Part shown: positions 62,740-64,000 of the stretch, piece after piece
Numbering within the stretch: position 1 is the first letter of the stretch
How the letters are laid out: every line of letters begins with the position of its first letter
Assembly (NCBI GenBank): GCA_003141955.1
Contig: PLOC01000115.1
Coordinates: 1,864-65,863, forward strand
Origin: Chloroflexota bacterium
GTDB lineage: Bacteria; Chloroflexota; Limnocylindria; Limnocylindrales; CSP1-4
DNA: 64,000 nucleotides
Direction: 5' to 3'
Translations under genes and position numbers: made by a program
Notes under the pieces: generated by a model
Told to the model about the DNA's origin: nothing
The model's database searches: none
The model's input: only the letters and a program-made list of their open reading frames with translations

Positions 62740-64000
62740 TCAGTTCACCCGCTTCGGGCCCTCGTCGTCGGGGCGGCCCGGCGTCGAGATGCGGTCCGCC
62801 GCGGCGGTCGCGGCCGGTTGCGGCGCCGCTCTCTTGCGGGCGTCCCGGCGAGCGGTGGCGTCGGCCACGACCGTGGCGTCGCCCGAGCGGAAGACCAGCA
62901 CGCCGCCGATCGCGTCGGCGTCGGTCACGACCTTCATGCCGGGCTTGAACTCGCCGCGCAGCAGCGCCCGGGCCAGCGGGTTTTCGACGAGCCGCTGGAT
63001 GGTGCGCTTGAGGGGCCGGGCTCCGTACGCCGGATCGGTCCCTTCCCGGACGATCAGCGAGCGTGCCGCCGGCGTCAGCTCCAGCACGATCTCCTGATCC
63101 GCCAGCCGCCGCTCCAGATCGGCGACGAGCAGGTCCACGATCGCCGCCAGATCCGCGTCGTTGAGGGCGTGGAAGACGATCACCTCGTCGATGCGGTTCA
63201 GGAACTCCGGGCGGAACTGGACCCGAAGAGCTTCCGTGATCTGGTTCTTCATCTGGTCGTAGGCCTTCGCGTCGCCGGCGTCGCCGCGCTCCGTGAATGC
63301 CGAGATGAACTGGCTCCCGACGTTGCTCGTCATGATCAAGACCGTGTTCCGGAAGTCGACCGTTCGACCCTGGCCGTCCGTCAGCCGTCCGTCGTCGAGC
63401 ACCTGGAGGAGGATGTTGAAGACGTCCGGGTGTGCCTTCTCGATCTCGTCGAGCAGGACGACCTGGTATGGCCGCCGCCGAACCGCCTCGGTCAGCTGGC
63501 CACCCTCGTCGTAGCCGACGTAGCCGGGAGGCGCGCCGACCATGCGCGAGACGGAGAACTTCTCCATGTACTCGCTCATGTCGATGCGAACCATGGCCGA
63601 GTCGTCGTCGAAGAGGAACTGCGCAAGGGAGCGTGCCAGCTCGGTCTTGCCGACGCCGGTGGGTCCGAGGAACAGGAACGAGCCGATGGGGCGGCGCGGA
63701 TCCTTGAGCCCGGCGCGGGCGCGACGAACGGCGTCCGAGACGGCCTGGATGGCCTCTTCCTGGCCGACGACGCGCTGGTGCAGCCGCTCTTCCATGTGGA
63801 CGAGCTTGGCCGTCTCGGCTTCGAGCAGCCTGGTCACCGGCACGCCCGTCCAGGCGGCGACGATCTCGGCGATGTCGTCCGACGTGACCTCTTCCTTGAG
63901 CAGGCGGTCGGGGCCCGAAAGGGCGGCGATCGCCGCTTCCCGCTCCTTCATCTGCGCCTGCAGCTCGGGCAACCTGCCGTACTTGAGCTGGGCCGCGGTG
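62740..64000 (-). CDS. clpB: ATP-dependent chaperone ClpB, 3' portion (gene continues beyond the window end)
   Basis: NBD2 Walker A ([15 protein letters not shown]), Walker B ([16 protein letters not shown]), sensor region ([10 protein letters not shown]). The frame stays open to nt 63999 (…[14 protein letters not shown]). Confidence 0.93.
   Translation of the reverse strand, partial: TAAQLKYGRLPELQAQMKEREAAIAALSGPDRLLKEEVTSDDIAEIVAAWTGVPVTRLLEAETAKLVHMEERLHQRVVGQEEAIQAVSDAVRRARAGLKDPRRPIGSFLFLGPTGVGKTELARSLAQFLFDDDSAMVRIDMSEYMEKFSVSRMVGAPPGYVGYDEGGQLTEAVRRRPYQVVLLDEIEKAHPDVFNILLQVLDDGRLTDGQGRTVDFRNTVLIMTSNVGSQFISAFTERGDAGDAKAYDQMKNQITEALRVQFRPEFLNRIDEVIVFHALNDADLAAIVDLLVADLERRLADQEIVLELTPAARSLIVREGTDPAYGARPLKRTIQRLVENPLARALLRGEFKPGMKVVTDADAIGGVLVFRSGDATVVADATARRDARKRAAPQPAATAAADRISTPGRPDDEGPKRVN

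Noticed and set aside
1-64000. Search for defence systems, toxin-antitoxin pairs, prophage or IS elements, integrases, rRNA/tRNA genes and CRISPR arrays.
   Set aside because: No transposase, integrase or recombinase motifs, no terminal inverted repeats flanking genes, no repeat-spacer arrays and no nuclease/ATPase defence-type gene pairs were recognised. The window reads as conserved core chromosome.

Overview
This is a ~70% GC chromosomal segment around the replication origin. Gene content suggests a monoderm, actinobacteria-like bacterium: lipoprotein-type YidC, DUF721/DciA next to recF, a PIM-type operon and Pmt-type glycosyltransferases (inference). Left to right the window holds: a partial MFS transporter; a VanW protein; the rpmH-rnpA-yidD-yidC-jag operon (minus) facing dnaA-dnaN-recF-DUF721 (plus), with a DnaA-box cluster and an AT-richer stretch between dnaA and dnaN; a PP2C-like membrane protein and a bifunctional nuclease; a glycosylation island (a DPM1-like GT2 plus three GT-C genes, one a 2165-aa double GT-C fusion); a translationally coupled arsR-pgsA-acyltransferase-acyltransferase-PHP-pimA operon; a DHA2 MFS gene; a decayed corA remnant; a sortase-like gene; a 13-gene complex I (nuo) operon; then an NDUFAF7/MidA-like methyltransferase, folK, purH, small membrane, cupin and BNR proteins, a Nudix-GNAT fusion and the 3' part of clpB. 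The strongest novelty candidate is the nuo operon. Its order is A-B-C-D-H-[NuoI N-half::NuoE]-F-[2Fe-2S::GltD::NuoG Fe-S::NuoI C-half]-J-K-L-M-N, so nuoI appears split, with the NADH-input module encoded inside the split and carrying an extra GltD-type flavoprotein module. Other candidates are the giant double GT-C protein within the apparent O-mannosylation island, and a PHP phosphoesterase embedded in the PIM-type operon. I saw no rRNA or tRNA genes, CRISPR arrays, transposases, integrases or recognisable defence systems. Most other long ORFs in the six-frame track are antisense or out-of-frame shadows typical of high-GC DNA. All family assignments come from reading motifs by eye; no searches were run.
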